Shown: positions 30,378 through 41,682 of the stretch, in pieces
Layout: each line of letters starts with the position of its first letter
Position numbering within the stretch: position 1 is the stretch's first letter
From: Candidatus Latescibacterota bacterium
GTDB lineage: Bacteria; Latescibacterota; UBA2968; SICM01
NCBI GenBank assembly: GCA_965217865.1
Contig: CBDCJO010000002.1
Coordinates: 1,824,001-1,888,000 of the forward strand
Reading direction: 5' to 3'
DNA length: 64,000 bases
Notes under the pieces: model-generated
The model's database searches: none
Told to the model about the DNA's origin: nothing
The model's input: only the letters and a program-made list of their open reading frames with translations
Position numbers and translations under genes: made by a program

Positions 30378-33300
30378 ATGAGAATCGTTTCCAACACAGG
30401 GACGGATCGCGTGGTCGATTTCATTCGACCGTGGCTTCGGTCTGGCCATCAAATTGACTTGGCCTCCAAAGCTCTATCCCTCCACGCGTTCGGAGAACTT
30501 GCCGAGAAGCTGTCCCGCATGGCGAAAGCGCGGTTCATCCTGCCGCCTGATGACACCGGACTCAGCCTCCTCGGCACCGATGCCGACAGGGCTGCGCGCA
30601 ACCGGCTGCAGGGCCGGTGGCTGGCCAGACGCTGCGCCGAGTGGGTCGAGAAAACCGTCGAGGTGCGCCGGGCTAACCAACCCATTCCTCAAGGCGCCGT
30701 TGTTCTGCGCAACGGTGACGGGAGCCCACAGCAAGTCGTGCTCGGCTCGTTTTCGTTCAGCACGGACGGGCTCGGTCTTGCTCCTGGTAACCCGCTCAAC
30801 CTGATCCAGGCATCCGAGACGCCTGAGGAAAGCGTTCGCTTATGCGAATGGTTCGACGGGCAATGGTCTGCCTTGGCCGTAGGGGAAGCCGCGAAGGCCG
30901 ATATCGTTGACCTGCTCCGATCCCTTGCTGCGCACCAAGACCCGCTCAGCGTCTACGCGTTGGTCTTGCACCACCTCTTTCACACCCAAGGCGACGAACT
31001 GGATGAGGAGCAAGTCGTCAAGTCGGCCACGGGAATCCGCAATACGGCGGTATGGAAGAAGCTCTTTAAGTTCCAGCGCGACGGCGTCGTGGGTGCCATC
31101 GACAAGCTCAATCGTTTCGGCGGCTGCATCATTGCCGACAGCGTGGGGCTTGGGAAAACTTTCGAGGCCCTAGCTATCATCAAGTATCACGAGCTGCGCA
31201 ACGACCGGGTCTTGGTTCTTTGTCCCAAGCGTCTGCGCGACAACTGGACCCTTTATCGCGCCAACGACCGTCGCAACTTCCTCGCCGGCGACCGCTTCAA
31301 CTACGACATCCTCAACCACACGGATCTGTCGCGTGACGGCGGCCTGTCGGGCGATATCGACCTTAGCTACGTGAATTGGGGGAACTACGACCTCGTCGTC
31401 ATCGATGAGTCCCACAACTTTCGTAACAAGCGCACCCCCCGACAGGGTGGCGAGACTCGCTATGACCGGCTGATGCGGCGGATTGTCAGGGAAGGCGTCA
31501 AGACGCGGGTGCTCATGCTCTCCGCCACCCCGGTCAACAACCGCTTGGCCGACTTGCGCAATCAGATCGCTTTTGCGACCGAGGGGGACGACACCGCGTT
31601 GGTCGACCACGGCATCTCCAGTATCGATGGCACGACACGGCTCGCGCAGAAACAGTTCAACGGATGGCTCGATCTCGACGATGCCGAGCGTACCCCGTCA
31701 CGGCTCATCGAGATGCTGGGGTTCGACTATTTTGCGCTGCTGGATCGACTCACCATCGCACGCTCGCGCCGGCATCTCGAGAAGTACTACGGGACATCGG
31801 AGACCGGCCGTTTTCCAGAGCGCCTGAAGCCCATCAACGTCAAACCCGACGTAGACCTGGCGGGAGAATTCCCCTCCATCCGCGAAATCAACTTCGAGAT
31901 CCGGCGTCTGAACCTGGCTGCTTACGCGCCGCTCCGCTACGTGTTGGCGCACAAGCGGGACGCGTATGACGCGAAATACAGCACCAAACTCGAGAGCGGT
32001 GAGGGATTCTTCCGACAGGCCGACCGCGAGGAAAGTCTGATCCAGCTCCTGCGTGTCAACGCGCTAAAACGCATGGAAAGTTCGGTGACCTCCTTCGCGC
32101 TTACGGTACGGCGCCAACGCGACGATGTGGAGGCGACTCTCGCGCGCATCGAGGAGCAGGCCGACGAACTGGAAGAGCTCGACATCGCCGATGTCGACAT
32201 CGAAGACCCTGCCTTCGAGAGCCTGTTGGTCGGCCGAAAGGTCAAAGTCCTGCTCCAGGACGTCGACCTGATCCGCTGGAGACAGGACCTGATTGAAGAT
32301 CGCAATCGCTTGGCCACGCTCCACGCGGCGGCTTGCGAAGTCAGCGCGACGCGTGACGCCAAGCTCGCCGAGCTGCGCGCGGTCATCGAGCGGAAGTGTC
32401 ACGCCCCCATCAACCCCGAGAACCGGAAGGTGATCGTCTTCACGGCGTTTGCGGATACCGCCCGTTACCTCTACGACGAGCTCGCGCCGTGGGCTCACGG
32501 CACGCTGGGGCTGGAGTCCGCCCTCGTGACCGGGACGGGGGGAAATCAGACGACCCTGCCGCATCTCCGAAAGGACCTTGCGTCCATCCTGACTACCTTC
32601 GCGCCACGGACCAAGGAACGACCCGACGACCTCGCCGAGGAAGGCGAGATCGATCTCCTGATCGCCACAGACTGTATCTCGGAAGGTCAGAACCTCCAGG
32701 ATTGCGACTGGCTCATCAACTACGACATCCACTGGAACCCCGTGCGCATTATCCAGCGCTTCGGTCGCATCGACCGGATCGGCGCGCCCACTGAGTGCAT
32801 CCAACTCGTGAACTTCTGGCCCAATCTGGAGCTCGAGGAGTATCTGCGCCTGGAGCAACGAGTGAGCGGCCGCATGGTGCTCCTCGACATCTCGGCGACG
32901 GGTGAGGAGAACCTGATCGAGCAGCAGTCGGGCGATCCGATGAACGATCTGGAGTACCGTCGCAAGCAACTCCTCAAGTTGCAGGACGCGGTTATCGACC
33001 TGGAAGACCTATCGTCCGGCGTCTCCATCGCCGACCTAACGCTGACGGATTTCCGGATCGATCTGGCCGACTACCTGAGAGAGCATCCGGATGCCCTGGC
33101 AGCCTTGCCGTTCGGTGTGTATGCGGTGACCACAACGGCCGACGCCGAGATCCCGCCTGGCATGATTTTTTGCCTGCGAGCGGAGGGACCGGCGGCGACT
33201 CGGCCGTTTGAGACCGGCTATCCCCTCGCGCCGCATTACCTGGTCCACGTTGGTGAGGATGGCACCGTGCTCTTACCGTTCACCCAGGCCAAGCAGGTCT

Positions 33301-33575
33301 TGGACCGACTCAAACAGCTCTGTCTAGGCCGCGACATGCCGGACGCCGGCGCCTGCGCCCGCTTTGACAAAGCCACCCGAGGGGACCAGGAAATGGGCGC
33401 TGCGCAACGCCTCTTGGCCGCTGCGGTCGCCTCCATCGTGGGAAGGAGCAAGGAGCGCGCGGTCGCCAGCCTCTTTTCGCCCGGAGGGACGCATACGATG
33501 GCGAGCGAATTTGCGGGCATCAACGACTTCGAGGTGGTTGGGTTCCTCGTCGTCTTGGCGGCGGAGCCGGCATGA
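30378..33575 (+). CDS. SNF2-like SF2 helicase with degenerate PLD-like N-terminal domain
   Basis: IADSVGLGKT, IDESHNFRN, SATPVNN, SEGQNLQD, QRFGRIDRIG; N-terminus has GS.SFS but no HKD lysine. Confidence 0.88.
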   Translation: MRIVSNTGTDRVVDFIRPWLRSGHQIDLASKALSLHAFGELAEKLSRMAKARFILPPDDTGLSLLGTDADRAARNRLQGRWLARRCAEWVEKTVEVRRANQPIPQGAVVLRNGDGSPQQVVLGSFSFSTDGLGLAPGNPLNLIQASETPEESVRLCEWFDGQWSALAVGEAAKADIVDLLRSLAAHQDPLSVYALVLHHLFHTQGDELDEEQVVKSATGIRNTAVWKKLFKFQRDGVVGAIDKLNRFGGCIIADSVGLGKTFEALAIIKYHELRNDRVLVLCPKRLRDNWTLYRANDRRNFLAGDRFNYDILNHTDLSRDGGLSGDIDLSYVNWGNYDLVVIDESHNFRNKRTPRQGGETRYDRLMRRIVREGVKTRVLMLSATPVNNRLADLRNQIAFATEGDDTALVDHGISSIDGTTRLAQKQFNGWLDLDDAERTPSRLIEMLGFDYFALLDRLTIARSRRHLEKYYGTSETGRFPERLKPINVKPDVDLAGEFPSIREINFEIRRLNLAAYAPLRYVLAHKRDAYDAKYSTKLESGEGFFRQADREESLIQLLRVNALKRMESSVTSFALTVRRQRDDVEATLARIEEQADELEELDIADVDIEDPAFESLLVGRKVKVLLQDVDLIRWRQDLIEDRNRLATLHAAACEVSATRDAKLAELRAVIERKCHAPINPENRKVIVFTAFADTARYLYDELAPWAHGTLGLESALVTGTGGNQTTLPHLRKDLASILTTFAPRTKERPDDLAEEGEIDLLIATDCISEGQNLQDCDWLINYDIHWNPVRIIQRFGRIDRIGAPTECIQLVNFWPNLELEEYLRLEQRVSGRMVLLDISATGEENLIEQQSGDPMNDLEYRRKQLLKLQDAVIDLEDLSSGVSIADLTLTDFRIDLADYLREHPDALAALPFGVYAVTTTADAEIPPGMIFCLRAEGPAATRPFETGYPLAPHYLVHVGEDGTVLLPFTQAKQVLDRLKQLCLGRDMPDAGACARFDKATRGDQEMGAAQRLLAAAVASIVGRSKERAVASLFSPGGTHTMASEFAGINDFEVVGFLVVLAAEPA

Positions 33576-34348
33576 AGCCACTCGATCCCATTGCGGCTCT
33601 CGCGCTCCCCGACCGCGCCCTTGTCGACCGGCGCGTACCGAAGACGCTGCTGATCGAGAACGGCGCGCCCACGGCGGCCGACAAGCGGCGCATCCGGGAG
33701 GGTGTCGAGGAGGTCAAGTGGCTGGCCGCACTGAAACCCACGACCATCGGGGTGGCTGAATATCGCGACTCGGACCGTGAGTATCTCGAAATCGCTGTAC
33801 TGAAGCTCACACTTCGCACTGGGGCACGCGCCGAGCGGCTCACCGAGCTGGTGCATCGTGCCGTGCCCTATCCGGTGCTGCTCATCGCATGGCAAGGAGA
33901 CGCCCCCGAGCTTTCGCTGGTCCACAAGCGCTGGTCGCAAGGCGAAGCGGGAAAAACCGTGCTCGACGGCGATGTCGTCACGGCCCGGCTTGGGAATGTT
34001 TCCGCCGATGAGTTGACCACCGCATTCGGCGACGCCCTTGCTATAAGTCGACAGCCTCGCACGACGCTCCACGCGCTCTACCAAGGCTGGATCGATACGG
34101 TACAGGCGCTGCGCGCCGCCAAGGTGACGGGTGACTTTTCGATCCCCACTTCGACTGTGGAGGCGGCAGACCGTGCGGCGGCCCTACAGGAATACCGGCG
34201 TCTGGAATCCAGAATCGCCGAGCTGAGTGCTGCGGCTGGCAAGGAGAAGCAAATCGCCCGTCAGGTAGATATGAATCTGACACTCAAGCGCCTGCGGACC
34301 GACCGCAATGTCGTACGCGCCCGACTGCGAACTCAGGAGACCGTGTGA
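33572..34348 (+). CDS. DUF4391-like protein
   Basis: RRVPKTLL...EIAVL...LVHRAVPYP; C-terminal KEKQIARQVDMN coiled coil; lies between helicase and mod. Confidence 0.75.
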   Translation: MKPLDPIAALALPDRALVDRRVPKTLLIENGAPTAADKRRIREGVEEVKWLAALKPTTIGVAEYRDSDREYLEIAVLKLTLRTGARAERLTELVHRAVPYPVLLIAWQGDAPELSLVHKRWSQGEAGKTVLDGDVVTARLGNVSADELTTAFGDALAISRQPRTTLHALYQGWIDTVQALRAAKVTGDFSIPTSTVEAADRAAALQEYRRLESRIAELSAAAGKEKQIARQVDMNLTLKRLRTDRNVVRARLRTQETV

Positions 34349-36252
34349 AGAAGATCATTGCCAACGACCCAGAGACGCGCTCGGCTAACGTTGTCGCCGA
34401 GAACCTTCAACATCTGCAAACGCTGTTTCCCGAAGCGTTCACGGAGGGAAAAGTCGACTTTGAGGTGCTCAAGCAGCTTCTGGGCGGCGAGGTGAATGAG
34501 CGCGAAGAAAATTACGGCCTCAACTGGCACGGCAAGCGCCAAGCCCGACAGCTCGCGCTGACAACTTCAACCGGCACACTGCGCCCGTGCCCAGAGGAAA
34601 GCGTCGAATGGGACACAACTCAGAACTTGATGATTGAGGGCGATAACCTGGAGGTGCTCAAGCTCCTGCAAAAGAGCTACGCGGGTAAGGTCAAGCTGAT
34701 CTATATCGACCCGCCGTACAACACAGGAAAAGACTTCATCTACCCGGATAACTACCGAGACAACATTCAGAACTACCTGGATTTGACAGGCCAGAGTGAC
34801 GGCGAGAACCGGAAGTTATCGTCGAATACAGAAGCATCCGGCCGATTCCATACCGATTGGCTGAACATGATGTATCCGCGTTTAAAGTTGGCACGCAACC
34901 TGCTCCGCGACGATGGTTCCATCTTTGTGAGCATTGACGACGCCGAACTTGGAACCCTGCAGACAACTTTGTCTGAGGTGTTCGGAGAGGAGAATTTCCA
35001 AGCGAACATTAGCTGGCAGAAACGATACACGCGGAGTAACAACACTGTAGATTTCACCACTGTCGTGGAGCATCTCTTGGTTTACTCGAAGAGCGAGCAA
35101 TTCTCCGTGAATTTATTAGCACGCACGCCCGAGGCAGATGCTCGATATTCGAATCCGGACAACGACCCAAGGGGCCGATGGAAGGGAGCGTCTTTTCTTA
35201 ATCCTGCCACGCCACAACAACGCCGACATCTCTGTTACCCGATTAGGAATCCCAACACCGGAGAGGTCACAAACCCGACCACGAATGCTTGGAGAAGGTC
35301 GAGTGAAGAATTTGATCGACTACAGAGCGAAGGGCGGCTCTATTGGGGAGCGGCTGGGAGTCAACCAGTTCCAGCCATCAAGATGTTTCTTTCGGAAGCA
35401 CGCGACATCACTCCCATAAATTTCTGGGAGCATAACTATGCGGGCAATACCGATGATGGAACGCGCGACTTAAGGAGCCTTCTGGGTGAGAAAGTCTTCG
35501 ACAATCCCAAGCCGATCAAACTGATAGAACGAATACTCGAGCATAGTACGGACTCCGATTCCATCATTCTTGATTTTTTTGCGGGGTCCGGCACCACAGG
35601 TCACGCCGTAGCATTGCGTAACACCGCTGGCGGTAGTGATTGCCGCTGTATTCTCGTCCAGCTTCCCGAACCAGTACATCCTGACAATAAGGATCAGAAA
35701 GCCGCGACAGATTTCCTAGGGAAGCTCGGGAAACCACTCAACCTCGCAGAACTCACGAAGGAACGCCTTCGTCGCGCTGCCGAGAAGGTTAAGGACGAAC
35801 AACCGATGTTCTCCGGCGATCTCGGCTTCCGTGTCTTCAAGCTCGACACTTCCAATATTCGTGCCTGGGAGCCGGACCGCGAAGACTTGGATGGGACGCT
35901 GCTCGGAAGCATCGACCACATCAAGCCGGATCGCGGCGAGGAAGACATTCTCTACGAACTACTGCTGAAGCTCGGGCTCGACCTTTGTGTGCCCACAGAG
36001 GTTCGGACTATTGCGGGCAAGTCCGTCCGCTCCATCGGCGCTGGAACACTGATCACCTGCCTCGACGAGAGGATCGATAGAGACGATGTCGAGCCGCTAG
36101 CCCTCGGAATTGCCGAGTGGCATGACGAGCTTGCGCCTGCTGGAGACAGCACGGTGGTCTTCCGCGACAGTGCCTTTGTAGATGATGTCGCCAAGACCAA
36201 CCTCTCGGCCATCTTAGAGCAGCGTGGGCTGGGGAACGTCCGGAGCCTGTGA
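34345..36252 (+). CDS. mod: Type III RM methyltransferase
   Basis: IEGDNLEVLK, YIDPPYNTG, HTDWLNMMYPRL, LDFFAGSGTT. Confidence 0.95.
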   Translation: MKKIIANDPETRSANVVAENLQHLQTLFPEAFTEGKVDFEVLKQLLGGEVNEREENYGLNWHGKRQARQLALTTSTGTLRPCPEESVEWDTTQNLMIEGDNLEVLKLLQKSYAGKVKLIYIDPPYNTGKDFIYPDNYRDNIQNYLDLTGQSDGENRKLSSNTEASGRFHTDWLNMMYPRLKLARNLLRDDGSIFVSIDDAELGTLQTTLSEVFGEENFQANISWQKRYTRSNNTVDFTTVVEHLLVYSKSEQFSVNLLARTPEADARYSNPDNDPRGRWKGASFLNPATPQQRRHLCYPIRNPNTGEVTNPTTNAWRRSSEEFDRLQSEGRLYWGAAGSQPVPAIKMFLSEARDITPINFWEHNYAGNTDDGTRDLRSLLGEKVFDNPKPIKLIERILEHSTDSDSIILDFFAGSGTTGHAVALRNTAGGSDCRCILVQLPEPVHPDNKDQKAATDFLGKLGKPLNLAELTKERLRRAAEKVKDEQPMFSGDLGFRVFKLDTSNIRAWEPDREDLDGTLLGSIDHIKPDRGEEDILYELLLKLGLDLCVPTEVRTIAGKSVRSIGAGTLITCLDERIDRDDVEPLALGIAEWHDELAPAGDSTVVFRDSAFVDDVAKTNLSAILEQRGLGNVRSL

Positions 36253-36259
36253 GGCCGCA

Positions 36260-39238
36260 ATGAAACTCCACTTTGAACCCGACCTCGATTTCCAACTCCA
36301 GGCGATTGAGGCCGTATGCGACCTGTTCCACGGCCAGGAGATCTGTCGGACCGAATTCACCGTCACGACAGATCCCACGCAGCCGCAAGCGCGGCTCGCC
36401 TTTTACGAAAACGACCTCGGCATCGGAAACCGGCTGACCTTGCTCGACGAAGAGATCTTCGAAAACCTGAAGGACATTCAGCTGCGCAACGGTGTCGCGC
36501 CGTCTGATTGCCTGGACTCGGGTGACTTCACGGTGGAGATGGAGACCGGAACCGGCAAGACTTATGTCTACCTGCGCACGATCTTTGAACTGAATAAACG
36601 CTACGGCTTTGCCAAGTTCGTCATCGTGGTTCCGTCCATCGCGATCAAGGAAGGCGTCTACAAATCGCTCGAGATCACCGAGGAGCACTTTCGAGCACTC
36701 TATTCTGGCACACCTTTTGACTACTTCATCTACGATTCGTCGAAGCTTGGCCAGGTTCGGAATTTCGCTACCAGTCCGCAGATCCAAGTCATGGTGGTGA
36801 CGGTCGGGGCCATCAACAAGAAGGATGTTAACAACCTCTACAAGGACAGCGAGAAGACGGGCGGCGAGAAGCCGATCGATCTCATTAAGGCTACACGGCC
36901 TATCCTGATCGTCGACGAGCCGCAGAGCGTGGACGGCGGCCTGGCCGGGCGTGGCAGGGAAGCTCTGGGAAAGATGAACCCCCTTTGCACCTTGCGCTAC
37001 TCGGCAACGCACGCGGACAAGCATCACATGGTCTATCGGCTCGACGCTGTCGATGCCTATGAGCGCAAGCTCGTGAAGCAGATCGAGGTGGCGTCGGCCA
37101 CGGTCGAGGACGCGCACAACAGACCCTACGTCCACCTCGTGTCCACGAGCAATCGGCGTGGGACGATCAGCGCCAAGGTCGAGCTTGACGTCCAGGTGGC
37201 TGGACGAGTTCGCCGCCAGGTAAAGGTCGTTCAGGATGGCGACGATCTCGAACAGACGGCGGGCCGCGCTGTTTATGGTGACTGTCGCATTGGCGAGATT
37301 CGGGTCGAGAAGGGCAACGAGTTTATGGAGGTCCGCGTACCCGGCGGTGAGCAATATCTCCGGCCGGGACAAGCGTGGGGCGACGTCGATGCTCTCTCTG
37401 TTCAGCGCGAAATGATCCGCCGGACCATTCGAGAGCATCTAGACAAAGAGAAGCACCTTCGCCCGCAGGGGATCAAAGTGCTCAGTCTCTTCTTCATAGA
37501 TGCCGTGGATCGGTACCGCCGGTACGACGACGAAGGCGATGCCGTCAAGGGAGACTACGCCCTAATGTTCGAGGAGGAGTACCGGCGTCTGGCTAGCCAT
37601 CCAGACTACCACACACTCTTCGAGGAGGTTGATCTCACCACCGCCACCGAAGAGGTCCACAACGGCTACTTCTCCATCGACAGGAAGGGCGGCTGGACGG
37701 ACACCGCCGAGAACAATCAGCCCAACCGCGACAACGCGGAGCGCGCCTACAACCTGATCATGAGGGAGAAGGAGAAACTCTTGAGCCTCGAGACACCGCT
37801 CAAGTTCATTTTCTCCCATTCCGCACTGCGCGAGGGTTGGGACAACCCCAACGTCTTCCAGATCTGCGCGCTCCGTGACATCCGGACCGAGCGAGAGCGG
37901 AGGCAGACGATTGGGCGCGGGTTGCGCCTATGCGTCAACCAGGAAGGCGAGCGCCTGCGTGGCTTCGACGTCAATACGCTCACCGTCGTTGCGATGGAGA
38001 GTTACGAAGAGTTCGCCGAGAAGCTGCAGTCGGAAATTGAGAAGGACACGGGAATCCGCTTCGGCGTCGTAGAGGCGCATCAGTTTGCGGCAATTCCTGT
38101 CGCCGGTGACGACGGACAGACGACGGCTCTCGGTTTCGAGGCGTCCAAGGTCCTATGGAATCACCTCAAGGCAGAAGGCTATATCGACACGAGGGGCCGG
38201 ATACAGGATTCGCTCCGAAAAGCACTCAGGGAAGAGACGTTCATCGTTCCGGAGGATTTCACGGAACAGCACGCGGAGATCGCCAAGGTGCTGCGGAAGC
38301 TCGCCGGGCGCCTGCAGATCAAGGACGCCGACGAGCGTCGCTCGGTACGCCCGCGCCAGGCCGTGCTCCACAGCGCCGAATTCAAGGCGCTCTGGGATCG
38401 TATCAAGCACAAGACCACCTACCGCGTGGCGTTCGACAATGAAAACCTGCTCGCGCAATGCACCCAAGCGCTCCGGCAAGCACCGGCGATCCCTAGGACA
38501 CGACTCCAGTGGCGTAAGGCCGATATCGCCATCGGTCAGTCCGGCGTAGAAGCGACCGAGACAGCCGGAGCGGCGACCGTGGTGTTGGAGGAGGCTGACA
38601 TTGAACTGCCGGACGTGCTGACGGAGCTCCAGGATCGGACGCAGCTCACGCGACGAAGCATCCAGCGAATTCTCAGCGGGAGTCGGCGCCTCGACGACTT
38701 CAAGCGCAATCCACAGCAGTTCGTCGAGCTTGCCGAGCAGGCCATCAACCGCTGCAAGCGGCAGGCTTTGGTCGACGGCATCAGGTACCAGCGCTTGGGA
38801 GACGAACACTATTTCGCACAGGAACTCTTCGAGAAGGAAGAGTTGACCGGCTATCTGAAGAGCATGCTCGACACGAGCAAGTCAGTTTATGAACAGGTCG
38901 TCTACGAATCTGGCATCGAGGCCAGTTTTGCGGACGAGCTTGAGAAGAATACCGCCGTCAAGGTCTACGCGAAGCTTCCAGGATGGTTCGCGGTCCCGAC
39001 GCCGCTCGGCAGCTACAACCCGGACTGGGCTGTCTTGATCGATTCGGATGAAGGGGAACGGCTCTACTTCGTGGTCGAAACGAAGGGCAGTCCTTTCCTC
39101 GGCGATCTTCGCATCACCGAAAGCGCCAAAATAGAATGTGGAAAGGCACATTTCAACGCACTCAAAGTGGGAGAGTCACCGGCTCGATACGAGGTGGCAA
39201 CCAGTGTCGATAGTCTACTCGCGGCCGTTAGGAGTTGA
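36260..39238 (+). CDS. res: Type III RM restriction subunit
   Basis: METGTGKT, VDEPQ, LREGWDNPN, QTIGRGLR, YNPDWA...VETK nuclease. Confidence 0.95.
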   Translation: MKLHFEPDLDFQLQAIEAVCDLFHGQEICRTEFTVTTDPTQPQARLAFYENDLGIGNRLTLLDEEIFENLKDIQLRNGVAPSDCLDSGDFTVEMETGTGKTYVYLRTIFELNKRYGFAKFVIVVPSIAIKEGVYKSLEITEEHFRALYSGTPFDYFIYDSSKLGQVRNFATSPQIQVMVVTVGAINKKDVNNLYKDSEKTGGEKPIDLIKATRPILIVDEPQSVDGGLAGRGREALGKMNPLCTLRYSATHADKHHMVYRLDAVDAYERKLVKQIEVASATVEDAHNRPYVHLVSTSNRRGTISAKVELDVQVAGRVRRQVKVVQDGDDLEQTAGRAVYGDCRIGEIRVEKGNEFMEVRVPGGEQYLRPGQAWGDVDALSVQREMIRRTIREHLDKEKHLRPQGIKVLSLFFIDAVDRYRRYDDEGDAVKGDYALMFEEEYRRLASHPDYHTLFEEVDLTTATEEVHNGYFSIDRKGGWTDTAENNQPNRDNAERAYNLIMREKEKLLSLETPLKFIFSHSALREGWDNPNVFQICALRDIRTERERRQTIGRGLRLCVNQEGERLRGFDVNTLTVVAMESYEEFAEKLQSEIEKDTGIRFGVVEAHQFAAIPVAGDDGQTTALGFEASKVLWNHLKAEGYIDTRGRIQDSLRKALREETFIVPEDFTEQHAEIAKVLRKLAGRLQIKDADERRSVRPRQAVLHSAEFKALWDRIKHKTTYRVAFDNENLLAQCTQALRQAPAIPRTRLQWRKADIAIGQSGVEATETAGAATVVLEEADIELPDVLTELQDRTQLTRRSIQRILSGSRRLDDFKRNPQQFVELAEQAINRCKRQALVDGIRYQRLGDEHYFAQELFEKEELTGYLKSMLDTSKSVYEQVVYESGIEASFADELEKNTAVKVYAKLPGWFAVPTPLGSYNPDWAVLIDSDEGERLYFVVETKGSPFLGDLRITESAKIECGKAHFNALKVGESPARYEVATSVDSLLAAVRS

Positions 39239-39242
39239 GATT

Positions 39243-40298
39243 GTGTCCGGTGAATCTCTAATCGACGGCACTGATACGAGACTAAATTCGGCGGCTAGTT
39301 CCTCTGATGAGCCGGCGTTTAGGGTGCAGAGTCTCTCATTTTCCGACGGCACGACGGTTTCTATTGATCCCTCTGATGTTGTCGTGTTAGTCGGGCCAAA
39401 CAACGCGGGCAAAAGCCGGGCACTCCATGACATCGAAGATCACGCCTCAAAGTCATCAACAGGTGTCGTTGTTAAGGAGGTTACGTTCACGTACTCGGGT
39501 ACTGTTGATGAACTGATCTCCTATGTCAAGAAGCACTCTACATTGGACGAATCCGGCCGCGACCCCGTCTATAAGGGCTACCGATTTGCAGTGCGATCTG
39601 TGCTGCTGTCGCAACTATGGAACCGCCCACTGAGGGAGCTAACTCCCCTTTTCTGCATGCGAATTCCAACCGAGAAACGCATTACGGATAGTGATCCTGT
39701 TCAAGCGGTGGCCTTTCTTGATGAGCCCGGATCTCATCCGATCCACATGCTGTACAAGAACGACGCACTTGAGCGCCGGATTAGTGAGTTTTTCTACCGT
39801 GCGTTTGGTGAACACCTGATTGTTTTTCGCCTGGGTGGCAGCACGATCCCGCTCTTGGTCGGAGAGTACTTTGGGCCCGAAGACGGTGAAGACCGAGTCT
39901 CCGAGTCCTACAACGTGCGGTTGCGGGAATCCACCACACCGTTAAAAGAACAAGGCGATGGCATGCGTAGCTTTGCCAGTGTCGTACTACATCTCCTGAC
40001 TCCTATTACTTCATCTATTCTGCTCCTCGACGAGCCCGAAGCATATCTTCATCCACCACAGGCGCGATTGCTCGGGGAAATCATCGCGACTGAACGTCAG
40101 GACCTTACTCAACTATTTGTAGCGACACACAGCCCAGACGTGCTTCAGGGTTTGCTCAACGTTGTGAACGTAGACCATCTTCGCGTAATCCGCATCGAGC
40201 GAGATGGAGATGTGAACCACATCAAGGAGCTGAATAAAGATCAAGCAAGAGAGATTGGTAGTGATCCTCTGATGAAATACTCGTCTGTGTTGTCAGGC
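39243..40298 (+). pseudogene. OLD-like ABC ATPase-TOPRIM nuclease, 5' copy lacking the TOPRIM half
   Basis: GPNNAGKS, QGDGMR, LLDEPEAYLHP, ATHS; homology to the 46335 copy stops at 40298. Confidence 0.8.
39401..40298 (+). repeat. 898-bp near-identical direct repeat (second copy 46335-47232)
   Basis: Both ends align at a constant offset of 6934 with few substitutions. Confidence 0.92.
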
Positions 40299-40700
40299 CC
40301 GGGCGGAGGGAAAGCTGAGCGAGGTCCGGCAAGCGGCGTACGGGTACCTGGCGCTTTCGCTGAGCAAGATGTGCGATTACAACTCCCGCATGTGTGTTTG
40401 GCACGCTTATCGCGCCGTCATCGGACATACTTTTTCGCAACATGATTTCTCATTCAAATGGTCCTACGCCGAAATGGCGCCCCTCATCGTCGGACTCGGC
40501 TACGACTGGGCCATCGGGCAGATCGCCAAATACATCAAGGAACTCGTCGCGCTGGTTCGCCCCGAAGCGAATGGCGGCGCTGTCGGCATGTTCGACGATG
40601 CCGGCGCGGCCGAATACACGCCCCCACCGGTCACCATCACCTGCAAGCCGGGCGACAGCCTCGACCACATCGAGGACGGCAGCATCGACGTGATCGTCAT
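40299..40700 (+). pseudogene. DUF1156-like adenine methyltransferase internal fragment
   Basis: YLALSLSKMCDYNSR...HTFSQHDFSFKWSYAEM...SIDVIVMD, cut at the catalytic DPPY. Confidence 0.6.
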
Positions 40701-41660
40701 GGATGTCCGCAAAGCCGGCGGAATTCCCACCCGGCGATCTGAGAAGCCGCGTATGGTCTTTCGTCCGGCATGCGCATGGCGCGGCTGTTTCAGTCGGTTG
40801 AACGCGCCTGCGGCGAAGCCGGGACGGAGGACGCGCAACGCCTCGTCAACCTGTCGCGTCTGAAGGTCAACAAGGTTCTCCGCGCGCTGCGCAACGACGC
40901 CGGCATCCCGCGCCGTCAGCTGGAAACGGCGGAGCGCCGGGCGGCGGTCAAGATCATGCGGGCGAACACGCCGCTTTGCAGGCTGGTCTCACGGCACACC
41001 CGCGAACTGCTGCGGCAGTACTTCAAGGCGGGCATGTTGACCACACCGATCGCCGACCGCCGGATCGAGGATCGCTTCCTCGAGATGACGGCCCAAGAGC
41101 GGGCGCTCTACGACGCGGTCGAGGATTACATCGCCAGCACCTACAACCAGGCCGGCGACACCGAGCGCACGGCGGTGGGATTCGTCATGACGATATACCG
41201 CCGTCGGCTCGCCAGCAGTTTCAGCGCCCTGCGCAAGACGCTTCAAAACCACCTCGACGCCATTTCCGCCGGCAACCCGGCGTTATTGACGGGTCTGGAC
41301 GAAGACGCGCCGGACGATGAAGCCGCGGACGAAATCCCGGATGCCGACGAGGTGGAAAAGCTGGAGCGCGCGGCCCTCGCCGTCGAAGAGGAGGCCGACA
41401 TCCAAAGCCTCCTTGGCCGCATCGGTCAACTGCCGCCGGACAGCAAGCTCGAAAGCCTGAAGAGCGCCCTCCACGAACTGCGCCAGGACGGCTACCGCCA
41501 GGCGATGGTCTTCACCCAGTACACCGACACCATGGATTTTCTGCGCGGAGAACTCCTGAAGGACGCCGGTTTGAAGTCGATGTGCTTCTCGGGACGCGGT
41601 GGAGAAATACCCTCCTCCGACGGCTCCTGGCGCCGGATCGGCCGCGACGTGGCACGCGAA
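40700..41660 (+). pseudogene. SNF2 helicase internal fragment
   Basis: SRHTRELLR, ERALYDAVEDYI, YRRRLASS, DSKL, VFTQYTDT; motifs I-III and V-VI absent. Confidence 0.75.
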
Positions 41661-41682
41661 GGCAGTCTGACAGAGATGCATC

